The translations under genes were made by a program, and so were the position numbers. This document shows, piece by piece, positions 1 to 9,895 of a stretch of DNA of 64,000 nucleotides. The DNA is from an uncultured Chloroflexia bacterium (GTDB taxonomy: Bacteria > Chloroflexota > Limnocylindria > Limnocylindrales > CSP1-4), in the NCBI GenBank assembly GCA_963712745.1, contig CAVQJC010000017.1:192001-256000 (forward strand). The letters are read 5' to 3'. Position 1 is the stretch's first letter, and every line of letters begins with the position of its first letter. The notes under the pieces were generated by a model. The model was not told the DNA's origin and searched no databases. It was given only the letters and a program-made list of their open reading frames with translations.

Positions 1-2
1 CT

Positions 3-284
3 CCGCTCGGGCTGCTGCAGCTGCCCGGCTCGTCGTGGGCGTGGGAGTCGGCGCTGGCGATGATGCCGCTGGGCGTCCTCGGCACCGGTGCCGCCTTCGC
101 CTTCATGGCCACGCTGACTGGTCGCGTGGGTGGACCCAGGGCCTCGATCGCCATCTACTTCCTGCCCATCGTGGCCATCGTGCTCGGCGTCATCGTCCTC
201 GAAGAGAGCGTCGCGCCGATCGCTCTGGCTGGCGTGCTGCTAGTCATGGCCGGCGCCTGGATCGCCTCGCGTCGCGAGGCCTAG
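3..284 (+). CDS. DMT/EamA family transporter, C-terminal part (truncated by window edge)
   Basis: Frame is open from base 3 (PLGLLQLPG...) into ORF 60..284; hydrophobic helices with the EamA-like pattern GGPRASIAIYFLPIVAIVLGVIVLEE. Confidence 0.8.
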   Translation, partial: PLGLLQLPGSSWAWESALAMMPLGVLGTGAAFAFMATLTGRVGGPRASIAIYFLPIVAIVLGVIVLEESVAPIALAGVLLVMAGAWIASRREA

Positions 285-294
285 CTTCCCCGAC

Positions 295-618
295 CTACTT
301 GGCTGCTGAGCCCTCCAGCGGATAACCCGCGGCCAGCCAGTCGGCCAGACCGCCAGGGTAGTGCCGCACGTCGGTGTACCCCGCGTCGGTGAGCTTCTGG
401 GCCACGATTCGCGAGGCCGCGCACGATCGATCGGAGCAATACACGACGATGTGGTCGTCGTGGCTCAGCAGACCTGGCGCCTGCTCGAGCGCGAACAGCT
501 GCACCGACCCGGGGATGTGGGCCTGCTCGAAGTGGGTCTCGTGCATGGCCATGACCAGCTTCAGGCCAGCCCCACCGTCTAGCGCCGACTTGAGCTCTTC
601 GCGCTCGATCGTGTCCAT
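295..618 (-). CDS. Single-domain rhodanese-like protein
   Basis: HIPGS motif, active-site loop VVYCSDRSC, C-terminal YPGGLADW. Confidence 0.9.
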   Translation of the reverse strand: MDTIEREELKSALDGGAGLKLVMAMHETHFEQAHIPGSVQLFALEQAPGLLSHDDHIVVYCSDRSCAASRIVAQKLTDAGYTDVRHYPGGLADWLAAGYPLEGSAAK

Positions 619-626
619 AGGACAAC

Positions 627-1463
627 CTAGTGGAGCGCAGCGCGCTCGTCGTCGGTCGTCTCGCGCGGTGTCTTGCCCATGATGATCATGCCCAGCACGT
701 CATCGGTGGTCACATCGTCCTTGTTCACCGTACCCACCAGGCGACCCTGCAGCATCACGCTGATGCGGTCCGAGAGGTCGAAGACATCGTGGATGTCGTG
801 GCTGATGAGGAAGATACCGATGCCCTCTTCCTTCAGCTGCTTGACTAGGTCGCGCACCTGGGCGGTCTCGGCGGGGCCGAGTGCGGCGGTAGGCTCGTCC
901 ATGATGAGGATCTTGGCGTTGAAGTGGACGGCGCGAGCGATGGCCACAGACTGCCGCTGTCCGCCCGATAGTGAGTGGACCGGCGACTTGAAGTTCTCGA
1001 AGCGTGGATTGAGTCGGCCCATGACCTCACGTGTCGCCGACTCCATCGCGGAGTCGTCGAGGGAACCAAGGCGTGTCACGATCTCGCGACCAAGGAAGAT
1101 GTTGGCTGCGGCATCCACGTTGTCCGCCAGCGCGAGCGTCTGGTAGATCGTCTCGATGCCGTACGCCTTCGCGTCGCGGGGGTTGGCGATGTGGGCCCGC
1201 TCTCCGTTCACGAGGATCTGGCCCGCGTCTGGCGGGCGGGCGCCGGAGAGGCTCTTCATGAGGGTCGACTTGCCGGCGCCGTTGCCCCCGACGAGGCCCA
1301 GGACCTCACCCGGGTTGAGCGTCACGCTCACGCCGTCGACGGCGTGGACGCCGCCGAATGACACACGGATGTCGCGCATCTCGACCAGTGGCGCACCACC
1401 CTCGGTCACGCCGGTGGCGGCCATATCGACCTTCGTCACGGTCGTCTCAGGTGCCTCGGTCAT
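627..1463 (-). CDS. Sugar ABC transporter ATP-binding protein (single NBD, xylose-type)
   Basis: Walker [10 protein letters not shown], signature LSGGQRQ, Walker B ILIMDEPT; overlaps the permease stop (ATGA). Confidence 0.93.
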   Translation of the reverse strand: MTEAPETTVTKVDMAATGVTEGGAPLVEMRDIRVSFGGVHAVDGVSVTLNPGEVLGLVGGNGAGKSTLMKSLSGARPPDAGQILVNGERAHIANPRDAKAYGIETIYQTLALADNVDAAANIFLGREIVTRLGSLDDSAMESATREVMGRLNPRFENFKSPVHSLSGGQRQSVAIARAVHFNAKILIMDEPTAALGPAETAQVRDLVKQLKEEGIGIFLISHDIHDVFDLSDRISVMLQGRLVGTVNKDDVTTDDVLGMIIMGKTPRETTDDERAALH

Positions 1464-2773
1464 CGTGCTCTCCTTCTCACGACCTGGTCGATGCCGACAG
1501 CCACTACGAGCACGGCGCCGACAGCGATATCGATCATGGCGTTGTCAACGCGCATGAGCTGCAGGCCGGACACGAGGGACTGAACCACGAGTGCCCCGAG
1601 GATGGCGCCGGGGATGGTGCCGATGCCTCCGGCGAAGGAGGTGCCGCCGATGACGGCCGCTGCGATGACCGACAGCTCCGCCCCGAAGCCGAGGGTGGCT
1701 TCCGCGGCGTTCAGTCGGGCCGTCGCCACCACGGCCGCGACAGCCGCAAGGACGCCCATGATGACGAACGTGAGCGTGATGGTCCGATTGGTGTTGATGC
1801 CGGACAGCTCGGCAGCTTCGGGATTGCCGCCGATCGCGAAGACGTACCGCCCGAAGCGCCTGCGCGTGGCCAGGATGGTCATCACCAACGCCACACCGAG
1901 CATGATGAGCACGGGATTCGCCGATCCATGTCCGATGATGAGCCCACCTTCCGGTTCGACGACGCCGTTCGCCTCCGCCCAGCGACTGGCTACTCGCGAG
2001 GGCCAGGCGTAGCTGTTGGCGATGAAGACCGCTCCCATCACGACGACCACGCCGACGGTGCCGATGGCTACCTCAGCCCACATGGGGCGAACGGGAAATC
2101 CGTACTTCTGGCGACGGCGGCGAGCGGTGATAAGCGCATACACGATGCCGACGCAGACGAGGATGCCGATGACCAGGCTCATCGTCTCGCCGACCGAGCC
2201 CTCGGGCCCACCTCCCAGGAGCTTGAAAGTCGGGTCGAGTGGGGCGAGCGTGCGACCGCCGGCCATGGTCAGCATCATCCCCCGCCAGGCCAGCAGACCA
2301 CCGAGTGTGACGATGAAGGAAGGGATGCCGACGTACGCCACGAGCACGCCCTGGAGCGCTCCGATGCCGATGCCGATGGTGATGCCGACCGCGATGGCTG
2401 CGATCCACAGCCAGGAAAGGTCGACTCCGAGGCCCAGGTCGTTGGGGATCCACTGCGTCATCAGCAACGCCATCGACGTGCCGATGACCGCGACCATCGA
2501 GCCCACCGACAGGTCGATGTTGCGCGACACGATGACGAGCACCATGCCGGTGGCGAGGATGCCGACGAAGGCTGTCTGGACCGAGAGGTTCCAGAGGTTG
2601 CGTGGAGACAGGAAGAGACCGCCGGAGGCCACGTCGAAGGCGAACCAGATGACCACCAGGGCCACCAGCATGCCCACGAGGCGCGTATCGACCTCGAGCT
2701 TGCGAACGATGGTGGCGGCCGTCTGGGACGCGCTCTGGCCGCGTGAGGGCGGTTTGCCCGTTGCCTCGGTCAT
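1460..2773 (-). CDS. xylH: Sugar ABC transporter permease, XylH-like
   Basis: [46 protein letters not shown] motifs of CUT2 permeases. Confidence 0.82.
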   Translation of the reverse strand: MTEATGKPPSRGQSASQTAATIVRKLEVDTRLVGMLVALVVIWFAFDVASGGLFLSPRNLWNLSVQTAFVGILATGMVLVIVSRNIDLSVGSMVAVIGTSMALLMTQWIPNDLGLGVDLSWLWIAAIAVGITIGIGIGALQGVLVAYVGIPSFIVTLGGLLAWRGMMLTMAGGRTLAPLDPTFKLLGGGPEGSVGETMSLVIGILVCVGIVYALITARRRRQKYGFPVRPMWAEVAIGTVGVVVVMGAVFIANSYAWPSRVASRWAEANGVVEPEGGLIIGHGSANPVLIMLGVALVMTILATRRRFGRYVFAIGGNPEAAELSGINTNRTITLTFVIMGVLAAVAAVVATARLNAAEATLGFGAELSVIAAAVIGGTSFAGGIGTIPGAILGALVVQSLVSGLQLMRVDNAMIDIAVGAVLVVAVGIDQVVRRRAR

Positions 2774-2808
2774 CCAGTTCTTCTCCGCGCTGTGGCGCTA
2801 TGCATAAG

Positions 2809-2840
2809 GCCCCGTCCGGCGGTGGACCGCCGGACGGGGC
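2809..2840. terminator. Intercistronic stem-loop after the binding-protein gene (attenuation or mRNA stabilisation)
   Basis: Perfect inverted repeat GCCCCGTCCGGCGGT-GG-ACCGCCGGACGGGGC. Confidence 0.7.
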
Positions 2841-2871
2841 GCTTGATTGCTAGGTGGTGAGGCTCAAGCCT

Positions 2872-3987
2872 CTAGCAGCCCGGGACGGCTCCCGCCTCGA
2901 CGCCCTGACAGGCGACATCCTGCGGGATCCAACCTGAATCGATGGGGACGTTGAAGTTCTCCTGTGTCACGGGAAGCGGATTCAGCGTGATCGAACCCGG
3001 GAGCTCCACGCCGTTCGGCGTCGTGAACGACACGGCCTTGTCGCCGGCGGGCGGCTTGACGTAGTCGGGCAGGTCAGCCGGCGCTTCGATGTCGGTGATC
3101 GCCACGCCGTTGGCCATATCGACCGCGGCCTTGGCAGCGGTGCGGCCGAGGGCGAAGGCGTCCTTCCAGACCGAGACGGTCTGGTCGCCACGGGCGACAC
3201 GGTTGAGGGCGGCGAAGTCGCCGTCCTGGCCGGACAGCGGGATGCCCGTCAGGCCCTGTGCGTCGAGCGCGACGACGATGCCGGTGGCCATGCCGTCGTT
3301 CATCGACAGGACCGCATCGACCTCGTTGTTCGTCGCGGTCAGGCACTGCTCCATGTTGGTCGTGGCGTTGGCCGGTGCCCAGTCGTCGGTGAAAGTCTCA
3401 CAGACGATCTCGATGGCGCCCGAGTCGACCGCGTCCTTGATGACCTGGTCGTAGCCTTCCCGCAGGAAGAACTTGGCGTTGGCATCAGCCTCGTTGCCCT
3501 TGATGATGGCGTAGCGGCCCTCTGGCACGAGGCCGAAGATCTGCTCAGCTTGCATCCGGCCAACAGCGGTGTTGTCGAACGTGATGTAGAAGGCGCGTGG
3601 GTCCTCGATGAGGCGGTCGTAGGCGATGACTGGGACGCCCTCGTCGATGGCGGCCTGAACAGACGGGATGATGGCCGTACCGTCCTGGGCCAGGACGATG
3701 AGTGCGTCCACGCCCAGCGTCAGCAGCAGGTCGATATCGTCAGCCTGCTGCGCGGCCGAGGACTTCGCGTTGGTCGAAACGTAGCGGCCACCCAGCTCTT
3801 CGATGGTGTTCTTGATGGCGACCTCGTCGGCTCGCGCCCAGCGTTCCTCGTTGTAGTTGTTCCAGGAAACGCCCACGACCAGCTGATCGTCGTCCTGGGC
3901 GGCTACCGTGCCCATCGTGGCGACGGTACCTGCAGCCGCGACAGTCAGCGCCAGAAGCGCAGACACACCCTTATTGAAACTCCGCAT
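2872..3987 (-). CDS. xylF: D-xylose-type ABC transporter substrate-binding protein
   Basis: Signal peptide; VSWNNYNEERW, VIAYDRLI, NDGMATG, SGQDGD, QTVSVWKD motifs of the XylF/ChvE family; GGAGG Shine-Dalgarno upstream. Confidence 0.82.
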   Translation of the reverse strand: MRSFNKGVSALLALTVAAAGTVATMGTVAAQDDDQLVVGVSWNNYNEERWARADEVAIKNTIEELGGRYVSTNAKSSAAQQADDIDLLLTLGVDALIVLAQDGTAIIPSVQAAIDEGVPVIAYDRLIEDPRAFYITFDNTAVGRMQAEQIFGLVPEGRYAIIKGNEADANAKFFLREGYDQVIKDAVDSGAIEIVCETFTDDWAPANATTNMEQCLTATNNEVDAVLSMNDGMATGIVVALDAQGLTGIPLSGQDGDFAALNRVARGDQTVSVWKDAFALGRTAAKAAVDMANGVAITDIEAPADLPDYVKPPAGDKAVSFTTPNGVELPGSITLNPLPVTQENFNVPIDSGWIPQDVACQGVEAGAVPGC

Positions 3988-4175
3988 TCGCGGTCCTCCT
4001 ATACGTGGAACGTGGGGAAACGTCCCCGTTACTGTTGTGAATGCAGGCGTTCCCGCGGGAACGGCCTACTCCTCCACCGGTCATTACCGCACGTTCGGGA
4101 GTCGCGTGTCAAGGAACAGGCTCGAAGGCACGTTCAGAAGCGGCTCCATCGCCCGCCCCGCAGCTTCGCTGACAG

Positions 4176-5546
4176 CTACAGGACCATCGCTCGATCAGGT
4201 CGCAACAGGAACGGCGGCAGGTACGCGGGGAGGTTGGAGAACGGCAGCACGTCCGGGTGGAGATCGATGCCGAGGGCCTCGCGCATGAACGTCCGGCGTG
4301 CCTCGATGCGACCCCAAGCCTCTGGAAACCGCTGCGCGAACTCATCTCGCAGTGGTCGGTCGGCAAGCGCGACACCGCCCTCGATGTTGGTCGTGAAGTA
4401 GTCGCTCCCGGTGGCAGGGATGACATCGACCTGAATGGCCATGCCACTACGAAGTTCGACGCTCGATCCGGGCGCGACGGGAGAGCTGATCCACTCGTCG
4501 AGACCGATGAGGTGGCCGGGGTTCAGGAAGATGCCGAAGAACGGGTCGCCCAGGAGGCGATCGATGATTTCCTGGAGCGCCCCGCCCGTCTGTCCGATGT
4601 GCAACGCCTCGAGCCACTCGGCGATCGCTTCGAAGTACGGCGCCACTAGCCTGTCGACGTAATCGTGGATGTCGTGGGGCAGCTCGGTCGCGTCCTTGAC
4701 CACGAAGCCGGCGCGGCAGTCGAGGGCACCCCAGATGCCGAAGGCGGTCGTGAAAGGATCGCCTCGCCCGATGACCCGGTCGGTCGGGCTGTGGAGACCG
4801 AGCGACGCACGCGGGCCGCTTGAGAGCATGAGGTGACAGGAGAGGGGAGCGCCAGTCCACCGCAGGAGCTGGACAGCTTCCTGCTCGGTCATGCCTGGCC
4901 GCAGGCCTGTCAACAGCCGCTTGACCCCCTCCGAGGTGTGGCAGGCCGCGTACTCGAAGGCGGCCAGCTGCTCGACTTCATTGATGACGCGCAGGCCGCG
5001 TGCCGGGTCGATGAACAGGTCAGTCGCGTTCTCCACGACGCCGCTCGTGCCGACGGCTCCACGCAGCGCATCGACCAGGAAGGTAGGGATCTCCAGCCAG
5101 CCCCGGTCGGCAAAGGTCTTCCAGCCGACCACGCCGACCCGTGTGCCCGGCCCGATGCCCTCAGAAGCGAGGATCTCGTCCAGTGGTCGCGAGCGGTCTC
5201 GCGGCTGACCGCTCAAGCTCAGGTCCTGCCACAGCTCGATGCGCATCGGAAGCGGCGCTTCTGCTGCTATGGCCACGCATTCGTTGCCAGCGAGCAAGAG
5301 CGGCTCCGCTCGGCCGCTCAGGATGAGGACGGCCTCTTCGAACCGGGGGTCAAAGCCGCTCAGGTGGCTGAGGTTGGCGCTGTGCTCGCGATCGGCGTAT
5401 ACGACGAGGGCGTCGTAGCCACGCTCATGTGCCTCCGCTCTAGCTCGCTCGAGACGCGCGGCGTACAGCTTCGGTGGCAGCGTCGGCATGGCGCTGGGCA
5501 TCCCGAAATCGGGCAGCTCGACCTTCTCCAGCCGCGCTCGCGTCAC
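4176..5546 (-). CDS. M24 (Xaa-Pro aminopeptidase/creatinase fold) family protein
   Basis: N-terminal YADREH...GFDPRFEE; C-terminal LNPGHLIGLDEW, IQVDVIP, NIEG; start overlaps the stop of the upstream CRTAC1-like gene. Confidence 0.75.
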   Translation of the reverse strand: MTRARLEKVELPDFGMPSAMPTLPPKLYAARLERARAEAHERGYDALVVYADREHSANLSHLSGFDPRFEEAVLILSGRAEPLLLAGNECVAIAAEAPLPMRIELWQDLSLSGQPRDRSRPLDEILASEGIGPGTRVGVVGWKTFADRGWLEIPTFLVDALRGAVGTSGVVENATDLFIDPARGLRVINEVEQLAAFEYAACHTSEGVKRLLTGLRPGMTEQEAVQLLRWTGAPLSCHLMLSSGPRASLGLHSPTDRVIGRGDPFTTAFGIWGALDCRAGFVVKDATELPHDIHDYVDRLVAPYFEAIAEWLEALHIGQTGGALQEIIDRLLGDPFFGIFLNPGHLIGLDEWISSPVAPGSSVELRSGMAIQVDVIPATGSDYFTTNIEGGVALADRPLRDEFAQRFPEAWGRIEARRTFMREALGIDLHPDVLPFSNLPAYLPPFLLRPDRAMVL

Positions 5547-7186
5547 GGCGTTCCGTCGGGCGGCGCCAGCGGGAGGGGCGCGTCCTCGCTCCGCGCGATA
5601 CGGACACGTCGATCAGCCTCGACGGACATCCAGGGTCCAGTCTCGCCGTCGGGCCAGGTCACTCGAACCTCGGCGCTATCCGCGTCACCCAGGCCGAAGT
5701 GGATCGGTCCGAGCCCGCCGGAGGCATGTCCACCGCCGATGGTGACCTCACGCTCCATGGTGCCGCCGCCGGCGCGCACCTGGATCCAGGCACCGATGGC
5801 ATCGACGTTGGCATCATCCTGCTCCAGCTCGATCGCGAGCCAGTGACCCATCAGCTCGGGTTTGGCCGGCTTGCCGGCACCGATGTTGCGCCACAGCTTC
5901 ACCGGGACCGTGCGGTTCACCTCGACCAGGTCGAGCAAGCCGTCGAGGTTGAGATCCGCCAGGGCAGCGCCCCGGGTGCGCTCGTAGCTGAGGATGCCCG
6001 CGGTCTTGGCAGCCTCCTCGAACCGGCCCTTGGGGTTGCCCAGCAGCAGGTTGTTGGGATCGTTCTGCGCGTGCTCGGGCATGGCCTCGACGTTGCCCTT
6101 GGAGACGAAGAGATCGATGTTGCCGTCGTTGTTGACGTCGTCGAACTCGGCATGCCAGGCCGTCGATGGCAGGACCTCGCCGCCGGCGAAGGGGCGCGTG
6201 AGTGTCACATTGCGCTTCTGGGCGATGTCCCGGTATGAGGGGCGTGCCGGTCCATCAGCCAGTGTCTGAAGCTTGTTGTCGGCCATGCTCGAGACGAAGT
6301 ACTCGGGGTATCCGTCGCCGGTGAGATCATGGCTGGCGATGCCCATACCGAAGACCTGCAGTCGCTGCCAGCCTTCGTCACGCGTCCAGGCCGCCGGAGG
6401 CATATCAGGCTCGACCCGCCACAGCTGGTCCTCACCGTCGGTGTAGTACTGCTGGTCATTGGTGACACGCAGGTCCCGTCGCCCGCTGCGGTCCCAGTCG
6501 CTGAAGAGCAGTGAGAGCGGGCAGTAGGCCGGGCTCAGCTCCAGGGCGGGCCCGTAGAAGGCGGCCGCGGCAGGGCGGAACAGCGCGACCCCGTCGCAGG
6601 CCGGTACCTCACCAGGCTCCACGATGGTTTGATAGTCGCCCACGGCCAGCGTCGGAAGACCGGCTCCCGGTTCCCACTTGGCGCTGAAGGCCACGCTCCA
6701 GTCGTCATCGCCGTCGAAGCCCCAGGCCTCGTTGGCACGCTCGAAGCGGCACTCGCCGAGTCCTCGCAGGAGCACGTTCTCTCCACGCCGCAGGACCGCC
6801 AGGTCGACGGCGTTGTCGCCATCGATGTCGATGGCATAGGCGCCGGTGACGTCGGTCATGTCGGTCGAACCCTCATCGAGTCGGGTGAAGGCGAGTGCTC
6901 CGCCGACCGCACTCTCATTGTGATAGAGGCTGGCCGGTTCGGCACCGCCCGCGAAGAAGAGGTCAGGTCGGCCATCTGCATCACAGTCGAGCACAGCGAC
7001 GCCGCCCCCGACGTAGTACTGCCACGAACCGTCGTAGGTGTGCTCGATGCCGGCGGCCGCCGCCTCCTCGACGAACCTGGGCGCCTTCGGTGCGCTCTTG
7101 GCGCTCTTCGCCGCCAGGGTCGACGCCGGCGTTGCGAGGGCGATGATCAGGAGCGCCACGAAGATGGCGCGAAAGATGTGTCGCAT
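5543..7186 (-). CDS. Secreted CRTAC1-family protein (FG-GAP/VCBS repeats plus ASPIC/UnbV domain)
   Basis: Signal peptide; repeated DxDxDGxxDL motifs; C-terminal AIGAWIQV...IHFGLG...VRVTWPDG. Confidence 0.9.
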   Translation of the reverse strand: MRHIFRAIFVALLIIALATPASTLAAKSAKSAPKAPRFVEEAAAAGIEHTYDGSWQYYVGGGVAVLDCDADGRPDLFFAGGAEPASLYHNESAVGGALAFTRLDEGSTDMTDVTGAYAIDIDGDNAVDLAVLRRGENVLLRGLGECRFERANEAWGFDGDDDWSVAFSAKWEPGAGLPTLAVGDYQTIVEPGEVPACDGVALFRPAAAAFYGPALELSPAYCPLSLLFSDWDRSGRRDLRVTNDQQYYTDGEDQLWRVEPDMPPAAWTRDEGWQRLQVFGMGIASHDLTGDGYPEYFVSSMADNKLQTLADGPARPSYRDIAQKRNVTLTRPFAGGEVLPSTAWHAEFDDVNNDGNIDLFVSKGNVEAMPEHAQNDPNNLLLGNPKGRFEEAAKTAGILSYERTRGAALADLNLDGLLDLVEVNRTVPVKLWRNIGAGKPAKPELMGHWLAIELEQDDANVDAIGAWIQVRAGGGTMEREVTIGGGHASGGLGPIHFGLGDADSAEVRVTWPDGETGPWMSVEADRRVRIARSEDAPLPLAPPDGTP

Positions 7187-7264
7187 GGTTCGGCCAGTCT
7201 ACGCGGGGCCGCGCCAAGGGCTGATTTCGGTAGTAGCATCTCGCTGGAGGATCACCCAGCAACG

Positions 7265-9127
7265 ATGAAGCGACGCCTCACAACGGCCCTCGTCCTGGCC
7301 GGCATCCTGGCCGGTCTGACCGCCTCCGCGGCCCCGGCCGGGGCCGCGGACAAGGACCTTTGCACCCGCACCGCCGATCCCGACAAGTCGGTGGCGCGCC
7401 TGTGGGACGAGGCCCTGCTCGACGCCATCCGCCGCGACTTCCCAGCGCCCACCGTGCATGCGCGCAACCTCTATCACCTCTCGGCTGCGATGTGGGATGC
7501 CTGGGCCGCCTACGACCCGGCCGCCGACGGTGTCTTCGTGACCGAGAAGCAGACGCGTGTCGATCCCCGAGCGGCGCGCGAGCGGGCCATCAGCTACGCC
7601 GCCTACGGCCTGCTCAGGCATCGCTACCGCGACGCCATCGGCGGTGCGGAGAGCCTGCAGCGGTTCGACGGGTTGATGGCGGCCCTGTGCTACCCCGTGG
7701 GGCGCACGCGCAGGACGGGCCAGACCCCCGCGGCGGTCGGTAACCGCATCGCTGCGCGCATCATCGAGCGCGGGCTCGAGGACGGCGCCCGCGAGCGCCA
7801 GGGCTACACCTATCCCAAGCGCGACTACCGGCCGGTCAACGAGCCCATGATCGTGGCGCTCCCCGGCACGGTCATGGTCGACCCCGATCGCTGGCAGCCG
7901 TTGGCGCTCAAGACGTCCATCGCCCAGAACGGCCAGCTCCTGCCCGATGGACCCCAGCACTTCGTGGGTCAGCACTGGGGCCGTGTCACCGCCTTCGCCC
8001 TGCCCGCCTCGGACATCGGTGTGCCCATCGACCCGGGCCCGCCGCCCTTGCTCGGCGATCCCCGGACCGAGGCGGCGTTCAAGGCGGCGGCCGAGGAGGT
8101 CATCGCCTTCAGCAGCCTGCTCGATCCGCGCGACGGGGTCAGGCAGGACATCTCACCCCGAGCCCTTGGTGGCAACACCCTCGGCACCAACGACGGCACC
8201 GGCCACGCGCGCAATCCGGTCACCGGCGAGCCGTACGAGTCGGTGGTGGTGCCGCGCGCCGACTTCGGTCGCGTGCTCGCCGAGTTCTGGGCCGACGGGC
8301 CCGACTCGGAGACGCCGCCCGGCCACTGGAACACGCTGGCCAACGCGGTCACCGACACACCCGGCTTCGAGCGCCGCCTGGGCGGCGACGGTCCCGAGCT
8401 CGATCCGCTCGAGTGGGACGTGAAGCTGTACCTCGCGCTCAACGGCGCGGTCCACGATGCCGCCGTCGCGGCCTGGGGTGCCAAGGGCTACTACGACTAC
8501 ACCCGGCCCATCGCCATGATCCGCTACCTGGGCGGTCTGGGCCAGTCGAGCGACCCGGCGCTGCCCTCGTACCACCCCCACGGCCTGCCCCTCGTCGCGG
8601 GCCAGGTCGAGCTCATCACCGCGGCCAGCTCGGCCCCCGGCGGGCGCCACGCCCACCTCGCCGACCATCTCGGCGAGATCGCCATCCGCGCCTGGACCGG
8701 TGGTCCGTACGATGCGGTCCACGACATCGGCGGCGTGGACTGGATCCGCGCGGTCGAGTGGGTGCCCTACCAGAAGGCGACCTTCGTGACGCCGGCCTTC
8801 GCCGGCTACGTCAGCGGCCACTCCACGTTCAGCCGCGCCGCGGCCGAGGTGCTCGCGGCCATGACCGGCTCCGAGTACTTCCCCGGCGGCCTGTCCAGCT
8901 GGACGGTCCCCGCCGGCTCGCTGCAGTTCGAGCGCGGGCCCGACGAGGATGTCGAGCTGCAGTGGGCGACCTACTACGACGCGGCCGACCAGGCCGGCAT
9001 CAGCCGCCTCTACGGCGGCATCCACATCAGCGCCGACGACCTGCGCGGCCGGGTCATGGGCTCGCTGTGCGGGAAGGATGCGTGGGCCCTGGCGCAGCGC
9101 TACTGGGACGGCACGGCCAGGGGCTGA
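7265..9127 (+). CDS. Secreted vanadium-dependent haloperoxidase family protein (PAP2 superfamily)
   Basis: Signal peptide MKRRLTTALVLAG...; vanadate/phosphate motifs KGYYDYTRP, PAFAGYVSGHS, SRLYGGIHISADD; start placed at ATG 7265 after GGAGG. Confidence 0.85.
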   Translation: MKRRLTTALVLAGILAGLTASAAPAGAADKDLCTRTADPDKSVARLWDEALLDAIRRDFPAPTVHARNLYHLSAAMWDAWAAYDPAADGVFVTEKQTRVDPRAARERAISYAAYGLLRHRYRDAIGGAESLQRFDGLMAALCYPVGRTRRTGQTPAAVGNRIAARIIERGLEDGARERQGYTYPKRDYRPVNEPMIVALPGTVMVDPDRWQPLALKTSIAQNGQLLPDGPQHFVGQHWGRVTAFALPASDIGVPIDPGPPPLLGDPRTEAAFKAAAEEVIAFSSLLDPRDGVRQDISPRALGGNTLGTNDGTGHARNPVTGEPYESVVVPRADFGRVLAEFWADGPDSETPPGHWNTLANAVTDTPGFERRLGGDGPELDPLEWDVKLYLALNGAVHDAAVAAWGAKGYYDYTRPIAMIRYLGGLGQSSDPALPSYHPHGLPLVAGQVELITAASSAPGGRHAHLADHLGEIAIRAWTGGPYDAVHDIGGVDWIRAVEWVPYQKATFVTPAFAGYVSGHSTFSRAAAEVLAAMTGSEYFPGGLSSWTVPAGSLQFERGPDEDVELQWATYYDAADQAGISRLYGGIHISADDLRGRVMGSLCGKDAWALAQRYWDGTARG

Positions 9128-9183
9128 GGCGACGGCCGAGCGGCGGCGGGCACAACAGCGCCGGGCGTGGTCCTGACAGGCGC

Positions 9184-9603
9184 CTACGAGACCCGGCGCA
9201 GGCCGGCGATGTGGTCGAACCCTCGGTCAAAACTCATGATCTCGTTGATGCCGTGGCGTTGCATGATGGCCACGTGGATGGCGTCGCGTGCCGAGATGGA
9301 CCCCGTCGTCACCAGCAGGCGGCGCGCTCGTTCAGCGTCGATGCGCTCCACCGGCAGAACCTCATCGCTGATGCCCAGCAGCAGGGCAAACGCAGGGTCG
9401 ATGGCATCCCTGCGCCTGATCGATGCATACCGATGCATGATCTCCTGCAGGACCTCCGCGTCGGTCACGAGCGAGTGGCGGGCCAGCGCCGCTTCACTGA
9501 TCAGGCGCTGGGCCGCGACCTTGTTGGGGTGCACCTCGCCGATGACGTACATCGGGATGTTCGAGTCGACGAAGATGCGCTTGCTGGGCTCGGGCTCGGC
9601 CAT
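9184..9603 (-). CDS. vapC: VapC-type PIN-domain toxin
   Basis: IFVDSNIPMY, EVLQEI, SARDAIHVA, SFDRGFD: conserved PIN acidic residues. Confidence 0.92.
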   Translation of the reverse strand: MAEPEPSKRIFVDSNIPMYVIGEVHPNKVAAQRLISEAALARHSLVTDAEVLQEIMHRYASIRRRDAIDPAFALLLGISDEVLPVERIDAERARRLLVTTGSISARDAIHVAIMQRHGINEIMSFDRGFDHIAGLRRVS

Positions 9604-9857
9604 CAGGGCTCGGGCGGCACGTATCCGGTTTCGATCTCCGCGAGCATCTGGTCGATGTCCGCAGTCGGGAACGCGTGTCGAGACGCGATGGCGAGCGCTT
9701 CGAGCTTGACTGCGGGCTCGGCCAGGCGATCGTTCTCGAGCGAAGCGCGCAGCGAGAAGCGGACCCAGTCGGCCGTGGTCATGTTCCGAACGCGAGCGGC
9801 GGCCTGCACGCTCGCGAGCTCGTCCTCCTCGAGAAGGACTTGCAGGCGCTTACTCAT
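9603..9857 (-). CDS. Antitoxin with ribbon-helix-helix-like N terminus (VapB)
   Basis: MSKRLQVLLEEDE... beta-alpha-alpha pattern; TGATG coupling to the PIN toxin. Confidence 0.85.
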   Translation of the reverse strand: MSKRLQVLLEEDELASVQAAARVRNMTTADWVRFSLRASLENDRLAEPAVKLEALAIASRHAFPTADIDQMLAEIETGYVPPEP

Positions 9858-9893
9858 GGTGATGAGCCTAGATGACTCATCACCATGAGTCAA
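9852..9893 (-). promoter_or_regulatory. Sigma70-type promoter with overlapping operator of the vapBC operon (leaderless)
   Basis: Minus strand TTGACT-17 nt-TAGGCT-7 nt-ATG; perfect 15-bp inverted repeat ACTCATGGTGATGAG (9852-9866) / CTCATCACCATGAGT (9876-9890). Confidence 0.85.
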
Positions 9894-9895
9894 CA

